Shown here: positions 45,647 through 55,952 of the stretch, piece by piece
Layout of the letters: every line of letters begins with the position of its first letter
Numbering within the stretch: the first letter of the stretch is position 1
Assembly: GCA_022820545.1 (NCBI GenBank)
Contig: JAJEFG010000097.1
Location: 11,061 to 75,060 of the forward strand
Direction: 5' to 3'
From: Acidobacteriota bacterium
GTDB lineage: Bacteria > Acidobacteriota > Vicinamibacteria > Marinacidobacterales > Marinacidobacteraceae
Length of the DNA: 64,000 bases
Notes under the pieces: model-generated
The model's database searches: none
Told to the model about the DNA's origin: nothing
Seen by the model: the letters and a program-made list of their open reading frames with translations, nothing else
Translations under genes and position numbers: made by a program

Positions 45647-47997
45647 GGGAGACCCCGCGCGTGCCGAACGCCCCAGTCGGCGGCCAGCAACCCGAAAAGC
45701 AACAGGAACACCGCCGGCACGTTCCAGAGTTCCCGCCGCTCCACGACCGTGGTCCCCGATTCCGCAAGACTCAGATCGGTAAGCAGCTCCTCGGCCTCGT
45801 CCGGCTCGAACAGTCGGCCGCCGGTGGCCTCCGCGATGCGGGCGAGCACCTCGGGATCCGCTTCCGCATCGAAGAACTCGTCGTCCACGACCCCGGCCTC
45901 GAACAGGGTTGCGGCTCGCGGAGCTTCCGATTCCTCTCCCAGTCCGGCGCCTCCGGCGCGGATCTCCACCTGATGGGTGCCCGACCCCGTGGGAACGTAA
46001 ACGCCCGAGTACTCACCGTCTCCCTGTCCGGTCCAGCGCAGCGGAACCCCGGAGATGACGCCGTCGGGCCCGGTGACCTCGGCCTCGACCAGGGCGTCGT
46101 TGACGGCGAGGAACCGTTCGTCCTCGACCCGGGCCCGCAGCGTCACCCGTTCGCCAACCAGCGACTTGGCCGGCGTAGCGGAGACTTCCAGCCGCCGGGG
46201 CGCCTCGGACGCGAGCCAGCGGAGCAGCCGCCGCGACAGCACCTCGTGGGTCTCGTCCTCGAGCGGAATGCTTGCGTCCATCTGCCACACCCACAGGTCC
46301 TGGACCGTCAGGCTCGCGGAGCGGCCCCGTCCGAATCGCTGGACCAGCAACACGGCCTCGGGTTCTTCCGACGCGCCCAGTCCCTCGAGGAGCACCGTCG
46401 CCCCCGGTTTCGGCCGGCCCAACCGGTTGACCGCCGAGAGCGCGGGCAGGTTCCGGTAGAGGTCCGCGTTGGCGAGCGGATCCGGATCGAGCCGCGCGAC
46501 CGGGTGGAGCGAACCGGCGCGGGTGGGGAGGACCGAGAGCTCCCGGAAGGCCGCCGGAACCGGACGGTCCCCGGCGTCCGCCGGCGCCGACGCCCCTTCG
46601 GGAAGCGCGAGCGGCAGGACTTCAGCCAGCGGGGTGTCGCGGTAACCGCCTTCGCCGAAGGCGCTCGTTCCCCCGAGCGTGAGGAGGCCGCCCCCTCGCT
46701 GGCTCACGAAATCGCGGAGCATGTTGAGCTGGTCCTGACTGAAGAAGCTCGCCTCCACGCTGCCCAGGATCACCCCGTCGTAGCCGAAGAGTTCTTCGCG
46801 GGTATCCGGGAACCCGCCGGCGAGTTCCCCGGCGTCCGCGACGTCCACCCGGTAGAACTTCCCCTCGGCGGTGCGGATCAGGCAGGAAACGTGCAGTTCC
46901 GGGTCGCCGGCGACCGCCCGCCGGAGGAACTTCAACTCCCAGCGCGGCTGCCCCTCGAAATAGAGCAGCCGGAGCGGCTCATCGTCCACCTCCATCAGGA
47001 CGCTCTGCTCGTTGTTGCGGGTCAGGACTTCCCCGGTGAACGGGGCGACCCGGAACCGCAGCCGGCGCGTCCCGGCCTCCTCCGCGGGAGCCAGCAGCGT
47101 GACGGCGGTCTCGACCGAGTCCCCGGACAGCCGGACCGTCTCCGTGGCGATGATGCGCCCTTCGTCGAGGGCCTCCACGCGCGCCGTGCGCCCGGCGAGT
47201 CCGGTGGCGCGGAGGGGCAGGCGGATTTCGAGCAGTGAACCGCGGAGCACGCGCGCGGGCACGTCCGGAGCCCCCAGCTCGAGATCGGCATCGAACTCGG
47301 GCCGGCCGACCGCCACCGGATAGACCCGAATCCCGCGGGTTCTCAGATCGAGGAGCGTCTGCTCGAGGTCCTCCTCGCGTCGTCCGGCCACCGTGTCCGC
47401 CCCGTCGCTCACGAGCACGATCCCGGCCACCGGCAGCGAGGCGAGTTCGTCGGCCACCCGGGTGAGGCTGCCGAGCAGATCGGTGCGCGCCCCCGTGAAG
47501 CCGAGTTCCGCAGCGCTGGCCACCCGCCGGGTCTCCTCCGAGAAGCGAAACAGCCGGGTTACGAACTGCTCCCGAAGGAGATCGCCGAGCGCGGTCTCAC
47601 CGCGGCCGGCCGCCGCCTCGTCGGGAAACGCGGCGAGCAGCGCCTCGCTCCGCGGCCGGCCGTCCTCCCCATCGGCGATCTGCATGCTCCGGGAGTCGTC
47701 GAGGAGCACCCCAACGACGTTTTCCTGCGGTACGACGAGGGACAGCACCAACTGCGGACGCAGCAGGCAGAGCAGGACGAGGGCGATGGCGGCGAACCGC
47801 GCCGCGCCGAGCAGGAGGCGGCCCCGCGTCCCGAGCCGCCTGCCCAGCCGCCGATAGCCCAGCACGGAAAACACGAGCGCCCCGACCACCGCGGCCGCGA
47901 TCCAGAAGACCCCCCAGGGCACGAGCAGTTCGATCTGCCCGCGCTCGAACGCGACCGGAGGGCTGCCCAGCAGCCATTCGAACGCGGAGAGGAACAC
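45643..47997 (-). CDS. membrane-anchored vWA-domain protein (BatB-like)
   Basis: N-terminal TMs. MIDAS-like LLDDSRSM. C-terminal TM (VPAVFLLLFGLLAADW). Confidence 0.6.
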   Translation of the reverse strand: MFLSAFEWLLGSPPVAFERGQIELLVPWGVFWIAAAVVGALVFSVLGYRRLGRRLGTRGRLLLGAARFAAIALVLLCLLRPQLVLSLVVPQENVVGVLLDDSRSMQIADGEDGRPRSEALLAAFPDEAAAGRGETALGDLLREQFVTRLFRFSEETRRVASAAELGFTGARTDLLGSLTRVADELASLPVAGIVLVSDGADTVAGRREEDLEQTLLDLRTRGIRVYPVAVGRPEFDADLELGAPDVPARVLRGSLLEIRLPLRATGLAGRTARVEALDEGRIIATETVRLSGDSVETAVTLLAPAEEAGTRRLRFRVAPFTGEVLTRNNEQSVLMEVDDEPLRLLYFEGQPRWELKFLRRAVAGDPELHVSCLIRTAEGKFYRVDVADAGELAGGFPDTREELFGYDGVILGSVEASFFSQDQLNMLRDFVSQRGGGLLTLGGTSAFGEGGYRDTPLAEVLPLALPEGASAPADAGDRPVPAAFRELSVLPTRAGSLHPVARLDPDPLANADLYRNLPALSAVNRLGRPKPGATVLLEGLGASEEPEAVLLVQRFGRGRSASLTVQDLWVWQMDASIPLEDETHEVLSRRLLRWLASEAPRRLEVSATPAKSLVGERVTLRARVEDERFLAVNDALVEAEVTGPDGVISGVPLRWTGQGDGEYSGVYVPTGSGTHQVEIRAGGAGLGEESEAPRAATLFEAGVVDDEFFDAEADPEVLARIAEATGGRLFEPDEAEELLTDLSLAESGTTVVERRELWNVPAVFLLLFGLLAADWGVRHARGLP

Positions 47998-48018
47998 GGG
48001 AGAGGGAACGGGCCGGAA

Positions 48019-48846
48019 TCAGTGCGCCATCGCGTAGATGATGAAGTTGATTCCCATCGCGTAGGCGTAGTTGGAGAAATGCAGCGGGTAGTACGGGTTC
48101 TCGGCCCACTCCCAGGCGTCCCCGAGGTCGGTGTTCCAGTTCACGAGAACCATCAGGCGCCCTTCGTCGTCGAAGATGCCCCGCACCACCGGGTTGTAGC
48201 CGTCTCTCTCCCAGGTCGGCCCGCCCCGGATCCCCTGGCCCACGTTGGGGACCTGGACGATCTCGTTCACTTCGAAGAAGGCGCGGAAGACCGGATGGTC
48301 CAGCGAAATGTCCTCGATCGGCCGGCCCGGCAGGACCCGGCCCATCTCGTGCGCGAAGTTCACCCACTCCGCGGTGCCCCAGAAGTCGTCCACGACCAGG
48401 AACCCACCCTGATGCAGGTAACGCCGCAGGGCCAGCACTTCTTCGTCGGTCATGGCCATGTGTCCGACCTCGACCGTGTAGAGGAAGGGGTACTTTCCGA
48501 GGTCGGGGTCCGTCAGCAGGACGCTGTTCTCGTTCTCGTAGGAGTCGAGGTTCGTGATCCGCCGCAGCCCGATCAGGAACTGCCGGTCCGCCTTGGGGTA
48601 GTCCACGCTCCAGCCGCGCCAGCCGTAGCTCGTGTAGGCCGCCCGCGTGAAATAGAAGTCATGGCCCGGCGGACGGCCGAAGCGCGGCCCCCCCAGGTCT
48701 TCCCGCATCGCCTCGGCCAGCATCTCGCGGATCTGCCGCCGGGTCGGCTGGAGCGCGGAGGCCGGGTTCCACACCAGCAGCGTTCCCCCGAACAGGACCG
48801 CCGCCACGAGGATGAAGGCGGCGGCCAGAATTCCTCGGCGGGACAC
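48019..48846 (-). CDS. DUF4159 domain protein (paralog)
   Basis: A GTG at 48846 gives VSRRGILAAAFILVAAVLFGG, a TM, then ...LHQGGFLVVDDFWG... and C-terminal GINFIIYAMAH, parallel to 41004-41876. First gene of the operon. Confidence 0.6.
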   Translation of the reverse strand: MSRRGILAAAFILVAAVLFGGTLLVWNPASALQPTRRQIREMLAEAMREDLGGPRFGRPPGHDFYFTRAAYTSYGWRGWSVDYPKADRQFLIGLRRITNLDSYENENSVLLTDPDLGKYPFLYTVEVGHMAMTDEEVLALRRYLHQGGFLVVDDFWGTAEWVNFAHEMGRVLPGRPIEDISLDHPVFRAFFEVNEIVQVPNVGQGIRGGPTWERDGYNPVVRGIFDDEGRLMVLVNWNTDLGDAWEWAENPYYPLHFSNYAYAMGINFIIYAMAH

Positions 48847-49052
48847 GTCGCCGGAGCCTATCGCGTCCCGGCCCGGTGGTGACACTCCGGTGGCCCGGAC
48901 TGCCGGGAATGCGCACCGCGCGGCCCGCCGCGGCCGCGCTGGCGCGCCGGCGTTCCAGGACGTCCGCGCCGCCTTTGCGGGTGCGGGCAGCGGCGGGACC
49001 GCTGGTACCATCCCGGCTCCCTTTTCTCGCGTTTCCGAAGCGGGGTATCGCC

Positions 49053-50117
49053 ATGCGGGTCTTCTCACTTCTTCTCGTTCTCGCCGGTTTCGCCGCCGCG
49101 CTCGCCTGCGCTCCGCCGGCCGAGGAACCTGCCGAAGACGTCGCTCCGCCGGCCTTCGCGCCCGGACCGCCCGCGGACTTCGAGAGCCCCGTCATCCCGG
49201 CCGACAACCCCCAGACCCCCGAAAAAGTCGCCCTCGGGAAGCAGCTCTACTTCGACACCCGCCTCTCGGCGGACGGCACCCGCTCCTGCTACACCTGTCA
49301 CCTGGTCGAAAACGGGCTGACCGACGGCAAGCCGGTCGCGGAAGGCGCCCTCGGCCGGGTGCTGACGCGGTCCAGCCCCACGCTCTGGAACATCGCGTAC
49401 CACACCCAGTTCTACTGGGACGGCCGCAGCGGCTCGCTCGAGGCCCAGGCGCGGGCGGCCTGGACCGGCGGCAACATGGGGGCCGACGCCGATGCGGTGG
49501 TGGCCGAGCTCAACGCGATCCCGGGCTACGCGGAGCAGTTCGGAGCGGTCTTCGGGGGACCCGCCACCCCCGACAACGTGGTGCAGGCGATCGCCGCCTT
49601 CGAGCGGGACGCGTTCTATTGCGGCGACACCGCCTATGACGACTGGCGGCGCGGCGACGCGAGCGCCATGTCGGAGGAGGCCATGCGCGGAGCGGAGCTC
49701 TTCACCGCCGGCGCCGGCTGCGCCACCTGTCACAGCGGCGTCCTCTTCACCGACATGAAGTACCACAACGTGGGCATCGGGATGGACGCCGAAGAGCCCG
49801 ATCTCGGCCGGGCCCGGGTGACCGAAGAGGCCGTCTGCAGCACGACCGAGGACGAACCCTGCCAGGGCGCCTTCAAGACCCCCACCCTCCGCGACATCTC
49901 GAAGAGCGCTCCGTACTTCCACGACGGCAGCGTGGCCACCCTGGAGGAGGCCGTCCGGCTGATGGCGAGCGGCGGGCTGGCGAATCCCTACCTGGACACG
50001 GACGAGCTCATGGACCGAGAGTTGTCGGACGAGCAGATCGCCGACCTGGTGGCCTTCCTGCACACCCTCGACTGCAACAGCGGCCCCCAGATCTTCGAGC
50101 CGCCGACGCTCCCGTAG
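49053..50117 (+). CDS. di-haem cytochrome c peroxidase (CCP/MauG family)
   Basis: Two CxxCH motifs (CYTCH, CATCH). Signal/lipobox-like MRVFSLLLVLAGFAAALACA. Confidence 0.85.
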   Translation: MRVFSLLLVLAGFAAALACAPPAEEPAEDVAPPAFAPGPPADFESPVIPADNPQTPEKVALGKQLYFDTRLSADGTRSCYTCHLVENGLTDGKPVAEGALGRVLTRSSPTLWNIAYHTQFYWDGRSGSLEAQARAAWTGGNMGADADAVVAELNAIPGYAEQFGAVFGGPATPDNVVQAIAAFERDAFYCGDTAYDDWRRGDASAMSEEAMRGAELFTAGAGCATCHSGVLFTDMKYHNVGIGMDAEEPDLGRARVTEEAVCSTTEDEPCQGAFKTPTLRDISKSAPYFHDGSVATLEEAVRLMASGGLANPYLDTDELMDRELSDEQIADLVAFLHTLDCNSGPQIFEPPTLP

Positions 50118-50135
50118 CCCACTAGAATCCCCGCC

Positions 50136-50447
50136 ATGCAGGTCAGCTTCGAAGGGCGCGGGGCCCGCTGGGAAGGCGCCGCGGAAATCGCCGAACGGGC
50201 CGAGACCGACAAGCACCAACCCTGGTCGCTGAGGGTGGTCTCCGGGAGTGAAACGGTCGAGGGCACCATGCTGGTCACCGACCTGGCGTCGAGCGCCGCC
50301 GACGAAGCGGCCGCGAGCAGCGGCGAGGACGTGAACGCCATCCTGGGGCGCGCCTTTTCGCGCTCGCTGGTCGCGGAACTCGGCCTCCGCCCGCTGGCGT
50401 CCGGCTTCCGCTTCGTCGTGGATCACCGCTGGGTCACCGGTTACTAG
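50136..50447 (+). CDS. hypothetical small protein
   Basis: Compact ORF between ccp and the yitJ-like gene on the same strand. Composition is protein-like. No recognised motifs. Confidence 0.35.
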   Translation: MQVSFEGRGARWEGAAEIAERAETDKHQPWSLRVVSGSETVEGTMLVTDLASSAADEAAASSGEDVNAILGRAFSRSLVAELGLRPLASGFRFVVDHRWVTGY

Positions 50448-50508
50448 GGGCCCCGGAGCCCGTCCCGGCAGGGTTGCCAGGGTTTGCCGCGCAGGAGACC
50501 GGGAACGC

Positions 50509-52374
50509 ATGCGCCGCTCCGAACTGGCCGCCTTCCTGAGCGCGCGGCCGCGCGTCGGCGACGGCGCCCTGGGCACCGCGCTCTATGCCGGCGGCATCGC
50601 CTCCCGGCGCTCCTTCGAGGATCTGAACCGCTCGGACCCTGACCGGGTCCGCGCGGTCCACACCGCCCATCTCGCCGCCGGCGCCGAGGTGATCAGCACG
50701 AATACGTTCGGAGCCAACTCCTGGAAGCTGGGACGGCACGGGCTCGCCGCGGAAGTGGCGAAAATCAATGCCGCCGGCGTCCGGGTGGCGCGGAGCGCCG
50801 TCCGGCCCGGCGGCCTGGTGTTCGGATCCGTGGGGCCGAGCGGCGAAGTCGTGGGCCCGTTCGACGAGGAGAAGGCCCCGGAGTTCGCCGCCGGGTTCCG
50901 GGAGCAGATCGTGGCGCTGGTCGAAAGCGGCGTGGACGCGATCCTGATCGAGACCTTCACCAGCCTCGCCGAGGCCCGCCTGGCGCTCTCGGCGGCCCGG
51001 GAGGTGGCCCCCGACATCGGCGTCGTCGTTCTGATGACGTTCTCGGAACAGGCCACCACCCTGTTCGGCGTGTCGGCGGAACAGGCGGCCCGGACGCTCG
51101 CGCGGGACGGGGCCGACGCGGTCGGCTCGAACTGCGGGGTCGGCCCGGACACCACGCTCACCGCGCTCGAGCGGATGCACGACGCCGTGGACCTTCCGCT
51201 GGTCGCACAGCCGAACGCCGGGATCCCCGAACGCATCGAGGGACGTTTCTTCTATCCGTCGTCTCCCGACTACGTGGCCCACTACGCGAAGCGGTATCTC
51301 CGGCTCGGGGTCTCCCTCATCGGTGGATGTTGCGGAACGGGCGCCGAACACATCGGCGCCGTCGCCGGGGTGGTCCGGGCCGCGTCCGCCGGCGTTCGTG
51401 CTTCCCGGGTGAAAGCCCCGGCCTCATCCTCCGCAGCCGTCGCCGGGGAGGAGCCGCCCGCCGGCGTCCCCGCGGTGCCGGTCCCGGAACGCTCCGGCCT
51501 CGCCCGCGCTCTCGCGGACGGCCGGTTCGCCGTCTCGGTGGAGATGGATCCGCCCCGGGGCGCCGCCCCGGGCAAGTTCCTCGACAGGGTCCGGGACCTG
51601 GCGGACGCCGGGGTTCGCTTCGTGAACGTGGCGGACGGGCCGCGCGCCACCGCCCGGATGAGCGCCATCGCGTTCGCGGCGCTCCTCGAACGGGGCGGCG
51701 AGGTGGAGACCATCCTCCACTATCAGTGCCGGGACCGGAATCTGATCGGGATCCAGTCGGATCTGCTCGGGGCCCATGCTCTCGGGATCCGCAACCTGCT
51801 CGCGGTGACCGGCGACCCGCCCAAGCTCGGAGACTACCCGCACGCGACTCCGGTCTTCGACGTGGACTCCGTCGGCCTCGTTCGCATTCTGGGAGGCCTG
51901 AATCGGGGGCTCGATCTGGCGGGGAACCCGCTGGGGGCCGCCCTTCCGTTCCATATCGGGGTCGGCGCCAACCCGGCCGCCGCCGACCTCGAAGGCGAGA
52001 TGCGGAAGTTCGAAAGGAAGGTTGCCGCCGGCGCGCAGTACTGCCTCACGCAGCCGGTGTACGAGACCCGCCTGCTCGAGCGATTCCTGAACGACGTGCG
52101 CGGCTACCGGATCCCCGTTCTCGCCGGGGTCCTTCCCCTGGTCAGTTCCCGAAACGCGGAGTTTCTCCACAACGAGGTGCCCGGGATGACCGTCCCGCAG
52201 TCCGTCCGCAGCCGGCTCGCCGCGGCCCCCGACCGGCAGCGGGCGCGGGACGTGGGCGTTTCGGTGGCCCGCGACATGGTCGCCGCGGCGCGCGACCTCG
52301 CCGGGGGCGTCTACGTGATGCCGCCCTTCAACCGCTTTGACCTGGCCATCCGGAGCGTGACGGGACTGATCTGA
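50509..52374 (+). CDS. bifunctional homocysteine S-methyltransferase / 5,10-methylenetetrahydrofolate reductase (YitJ-like)
   Basis: N-terminal Hcy-binding domain with zinc-ligand motif GGCCGTG. C-terminal MetF-like TIM barrel (...LHYQCRDRN..., ...LLAVTGDPP...). Confidence 0.85.
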   Translation: MRRSELAAFLSARPRVGDGALGTALYAGGIASRRSFEDLNRSDPDRVRAVHTAHLAAGAEVISTNTFGANSWKLGRHGLAAEVAKINAAGVRVARSAVRPGGLVFGSVGPSGEVVGPFDEEKAPEFAAGFREQIVALVESGVDAILIETFTSLAEARLALSAAREVAPDIGVVVLMTFSEQATTLFGVSAEQAARTLARDGADAVGSNCGVGPDTTLTALERMHDAVDLPLVAQPNAGIPERIEGRFFYPSSPDYVAHYAKRYLRLGVSLIGGCCGTGAEHIGAVAGVVRAASAGVRASRVKAPASSSAAVAGEEPPAGVPAVPVPERSGLARALADGRFAVSVEMDPPRGAAPGKFLDRVRDLADAGVRFVNVADGPRATARMSAIAFAALLERGGEVETILHYQCRDRNLIGIQSDLLGAHALGIRNLLAVTGDPPKLGDYPHATPVFDVDSVGLVRILGGLNRGLDLAGNPLGAALPFHIGVGANPAAADLEGEMRKFERKVAAGAQYCLTQPVYETRLLERFLNDVRGYRIPVLAGVLPLVSSRNAEFLHNEVPGMTVPQSVRSRLAAAPDRQRARDVGVSVARDMVAAARDLAGGVYVMPPFNRFDLAIRSVTGLI

Positions 52375-52437
52375 CGCCCCGAACAGCGGCCTCCCGGGGC
52401 GTAACCCGCTCGCGTCGACGCACGGCCGGGTGGGAGA

Positions 52438-53424
52438 ATGGCGCGCATGATCCGCCTCGGGAGCCTCACGGGAGCCGGGGCGCTCCTGATCGCCGCTCCC
52501 TCGCTTGCCCAGGAACCGGAGATCTTCCAGTTCGAGGGAGGCGTGGACCTGGTTTCGGTGCCGGTGGCCGTCTCCACCGAGGACGGCGAGTTCGTCACCG
52601 GTCTCGGCGTCGAGAACTTCCGTGTCCTGGAGGACGGGGTGGAACAGGAGATTCTCGTCTTCGGAGCGGGGCTCGACGAGTCGTGGGTGGACCTGCCGCC
52701 GGACCAGAAGGAAGAACTGTCCCAGAAGCAGGTGATCGGGCTCCTCCTCGATTCCTCGGGCAGCATGGAGGAGGACCTGTCGCTCCTCCACGAAGCGGCG
52801 ATCAAGTTCCTCACCAACATCCCCCGCACCGAGAGCCTGTTCGTCATCAGCTTCGACGAGAACATCTGGCTCTCCGAGTACTCGAGCGACGACCAGCGCA
52901 TCATCTCGAACCGGATCTACGACATCGAAGCGGAGGGTTGGACGGCGCTCTACGACGCGGTCGCCACCTTCCTGGATCGCGTCTACGACTACGACGGCAG
53001 GAAGACGCTCGCGGTGCTCAGCGATGGCGCCGACTCGCGGTCCACCCTGATGTTCTCGGAGGCCCTCGATCTCGTGGAGCTCGGGGACACCACCATCCAC
53101 TCGATCCAGTTCGGGGATCGCGCCCGCCACGCCGCGGTCTTCGAGAACGGCCGTTTCCTGCGGGCCATCGCCGACGCTACCGGCGGTTCCTACGCCCTGG
53201 CCTCGTCCCTCGAGAAGCTCGACGAGCTCTACGACCGCATCCTCGACGAGCTCTACAGCCAGTACACGATCGGCTACGCGTCGTCGAACACCCGCCGGGA
53301 GGGACGCTACCGCCGCATCGAGGTGGAAGTGACGGCGCCGGGGTTCGAGGACGTGGAAGTCAGGGCCCGCCGGGGCTACTACGGGCCCTACGAGCCGTCG
53401 GAGAATCCTCAACCCGACCGGTAG
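52438..53424 (+). CDS. secreted vWA domain protein
   Basis: Signal LGSLTGAGALLIAAPSLAQ. MIDAS DSSGSM. Confidence 0.7.
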   Translation: MARMIRLGSLTGAGALLIAAPSLAQEPEIFQFEGGVDLVSVPVAVSTEDGEFVTGLGVENFRVLEDGVEQEILVFGAGLDESWVDLPPDQKEELSQKQVIGLLLDSSGSMEEDLSLLHEAAIKFLTNIPRTESLFVISFDENIWLSEYSSDDQRIISNRIYDIEAEGWTALYDAVATFLDRVYDYDGRKTLAVLSDGADSRSTLMFSEALDLVELGDTTIHSIQFGDRARHAAVFENGRFLRAIADATGGSYALASSLEKLDELYDRILDELYSQYTIGYASSNTRREGRYRRIEVEVTAPGFEDVEVRARRGYYGPYEPSENPQPDR

Positions 53425-53469
53425 GCGCCACTCGAGGCTCGACTCTCGCAGCCACTAGACTCCGCGCCG

Positions 53470-55380
53470 ATGTTCGCCGCGCTCGAGGAGGTCATTCGGG
53501 AGACTGCCGCCAACGCCGGAGCGCCGGACTTCTCCGTGGTGTCGGAGATTCCCCCCTCGCCGGACCAGGGGGATCTCGCGTTCCCGGCGGCCTTCGGACT
53601 GGCGCGCCACCTGCGCCGGCCGCCCCGGGAGATCGCGCAGGCGCTCGCCGAGGCGCTCGCCGAGCGTCCGGAAGTGCGGCGGGTGGAAGTGGCCGGTCCC
53701 GGGTACGTCAACGTCTTCCTGAACCGGGAAATGTGGATCCGGCAATCGCTCGCCGGAACGGCCGTCGAGACCCCGGACGGCGTCCACGTGGTCGAGCACA
53801 CCAGCATCAACCCCAACAAGGCGGCCCACATCGGGCACCTGCGGAACGCCGCGCTCGGCGATTCCTTCGCCCGCATCCTGCGTTTCCTGGGGCACCGGAT
53901 CGAGATCCAGACCTACACCGACGACACCGGCGTCCAGGTCGCCGACGTGGTGCTGGGATTCCTCCGGCTCCGGGGCGCGGACGCGGAAGAGGTGCGCCGG
54001 CTCGCCGCGCAGCCGCGCTTCGACTATCTCTGCTGGGACCTCTACACGGAGGTCTCCCGCTGGATCGAGGAGGACCCGGAGGGGCCGGGGGCGCGGCAGC
54101 GGGCCCTCCACGGACTCGAGCACGGTGAGGAGCCGTGGGCGGAGATCGGGACGATCGTGGCGAACGCCGTCGCGCGCCGGCACCTCGAGACCATGGACCG
54201 CATCGGGGTCCGCTACGACCTCCTGCCGTGCGAGAAGTCGATCCTCCGCCTCCACTTCTGGGAGCGGGCGTTCGAGCTGCTCCGGGACAGCGGCGCCATC
54301 CGGCGAAGCGAGTCCGGCCGGAACCGCGGCTGCTGGGTCATGGACACCGATCTCGCCCAGGACGGCGAAAAGGTCATCGTGCGCTCGAACGCCACGGTGA
54401 CCTACGTGGGGAAGGACATCGCCTACCAGATGTGGCAACTCGGATTGCTGGACCGCGATTTCCGGTGGCGGCGGTTCCACGAGTATCCCGACGGCAGCCG
54501 CGCCTGGATCAGCACCTCCGGACCGGAGGAGCCCGACACGCCGCGCTTCGGTTCCGCGGCCCTCGTCCATCACGTCATCGACGCCCGGCAGTCCTACACC
54601 CAGCAGGTCGTGCAGCAGGCGGTCGCCAGCCTGACTTCCGAAACCGACCGCTCCCGGACCCGGCACCTCTCCTACGAGATGGTGGCGCTGACGCCGGGCA
54701 CGGTCGCGGCGCTCGGTCTCGGATCCGTCGCCGGGGACGGAGCGGTGGAGGTCTCCGGCCGGAAGGGCATCGGCGTCAAGGCCGACGACTTCCTCGATGC
54801 GCTGGTGGGACGTGCGGCCGAAGAAGTTGCGGCACGGAATCCGGATCTCCCGGCGGAAGAACGGCGGGCCGTGGCGCTCGCGATCGCGGTCGGAGCGCTG
54901 CGCTACCTGATGGTGCGGGTGACCAAGAACCAGCTCATCGTCTTCGACCTCGAAGAGGCCCTCAGCCTCGAAGGCGCCACGGGACCGTACCTGCAGTACG
55001 CCGCGGTCCGGGCGGCGAAGATCCTGGCCCGCGTCGCGCGCCCCCTGCCCGAGGGTCCGCCCCCTCCCCCGGAGGGTTTCGACGACCTCCTCGCCGAACG
55101 GGATCCCGAAGAGGCCGCGGACCTCTGGGTCCTGCTCCGGGGCGCGCTCGGCCTCCGGGAAGCGGCCGCGGCCGCGGCCGCCAGCGAGGACCCGCAGGTC
55201 CTTGCCCGCTGGGCGTACGAGGGCGCGCAGCGCTTCAACGGCTTCTACCACCGCTACCGCATCGCCGGAGAGCCGGAGGCCGCCGCGCGCCTGCTGCGCA
55301 CCTACGTGGTGGAGACGTTCTTCGCCCAGCACCGGCGGGGGCTCGCCCTGCTCGGGATCCCCGTCCCGGAACGGATGTGA
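53470..55380 (+). CDS. argS: arginine--tRNA ligase
   Basis: Class I HIGH motif (KAAHIGHLRNA). ArgRS anticodon-binding C-terminus (...RYRIAGEPE...). Confidence 0.9.
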   Translation: MFAALEEVIRETAANAGAPDFSVVSEIPPSPDQGDLAFPAAFGLARHLRRPPREIAQALAEALAERPEVRRVEVAGPGYVNVFLNREMWIRQSLAGTAVETPDGVHVVEHTSINPNKAAHIGHLRNAALGDSFARILRFLGHRIEIQTYTDDTGVQVADVVLGFLRLRGADAEEVRRLAAQPRFDYLCWDLYTEVSRWIEEDPEGPGARQRALHGLEHGEEPWAEIGTIVANAVARRHLETMDRIGVRYDLLPCEKSILRLHFWERAFELLRDSGAIRRSESGRNRGCWVMDTDLAQDGEKVIVRSNATVTYVGKDIAYQMWQLGLLDRDFRWRRFHEYPDGSRAWISTSGPEEPDTPRFGSAALVHHVIDARQSYTQQVVQQAVASLTSETDRSRTRHLSYEMVALTPGTVAALGLGSVAGDGAVEVSGRKGIGVKADDFLDALVGRAAEEVAARNPDLPAEERRAVALAIAVGALRYLMVRVTKNQLIVFDLEEALSLEGATGPYLQYAAVRAAKILARVARPLPEGPPPPPEGFDDLLAERDPEEAADLWVLLRGALGLREAAAAAAASEDPQVLARWAYEGAQRFNGFYHRYRIAGEPEAAARLLRTYVVETFFAQHRRGLALLGIPVPERM

Positions 55381-55952
55381 TGCGGCGAGCGCGCTTTCTC
55401 CGCCCGGTCCTGCGGTTCACGCGAACCGCCGCCATCGCCGCGGCGGTCGCCTGGGTCCTCATGGCGCATGGCGCGCAGGTCTACCGCATCCAGGGGTCGA
55501 GCATGGCGCCGACGCTCCGTTCGGGAGAACGGGTGCTGGTCAACAAGGTCGGGATGCGCCTCGCCTCCATCGCCCGCGACGACGTGGTGCTGTTCCGTGA
55601 TCCGACGGGCGAGGACACCGTCATGGTGAAGCGGGTGGTGGGCGTGCCGGGTGACACGGTCCGGTTTCTGGGCAACGACGTGCAGGTCCTTCCCGGGTCC
55701 GGGACGAGCCGCCCACTCCACGACGCGGTGACACCGGTGGCCAACGCCGCCGGGACGGGGAATCCCCCCGCCGTCGACGGGCCCGGCCCGGCCGCGATCA
55801 CCCTCGCGGCGGGCGAGTACTTCGTGCTCGGCGACAACCGGGGCGGCAGCAGCGACAGCCGTCACTGGGGCGCCGTTTCCCGGGACGCCATCCTCGGGGA
55901 GGCCGTGTTCCGGGTGTTTCCCTGGCGCCGGATCGGATTCGTGAGCCCATGA
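55380..55952 (+). CDS. lepB: signal peptidase I
   Basis: Ser box IQGSSMAPTL, Lys box, GDNRGGSSDSRHWG. ATG overlaps the argS stop by 1 nt. Confidence 0.85.
   Translation: MRRARFLRPVLRFTRTAAIAAAVAWVLMAHGAQVYRIQGSSMAPTLRSGERVLVNKVGMRLASIARDDVVLFRDPTGEDTVMVKRVVGVPGDTVRFLGNDVQVLPGSGTSRPLHDAVTPVANAAGTGNPPAVDGPGPAAITLAAGEYFVLGDNRGGSSDSRHWGAVSRDAILGEAVFRVFPWRRIGFVSP

Noticed and set aside
52375-52402. Hairpin CGCCCCG...CGGGGCG after the yitJ-like gene, as a possible terminator.
   Set aside because: It has a 12-nt loop and no following T-run. Too weak to call.
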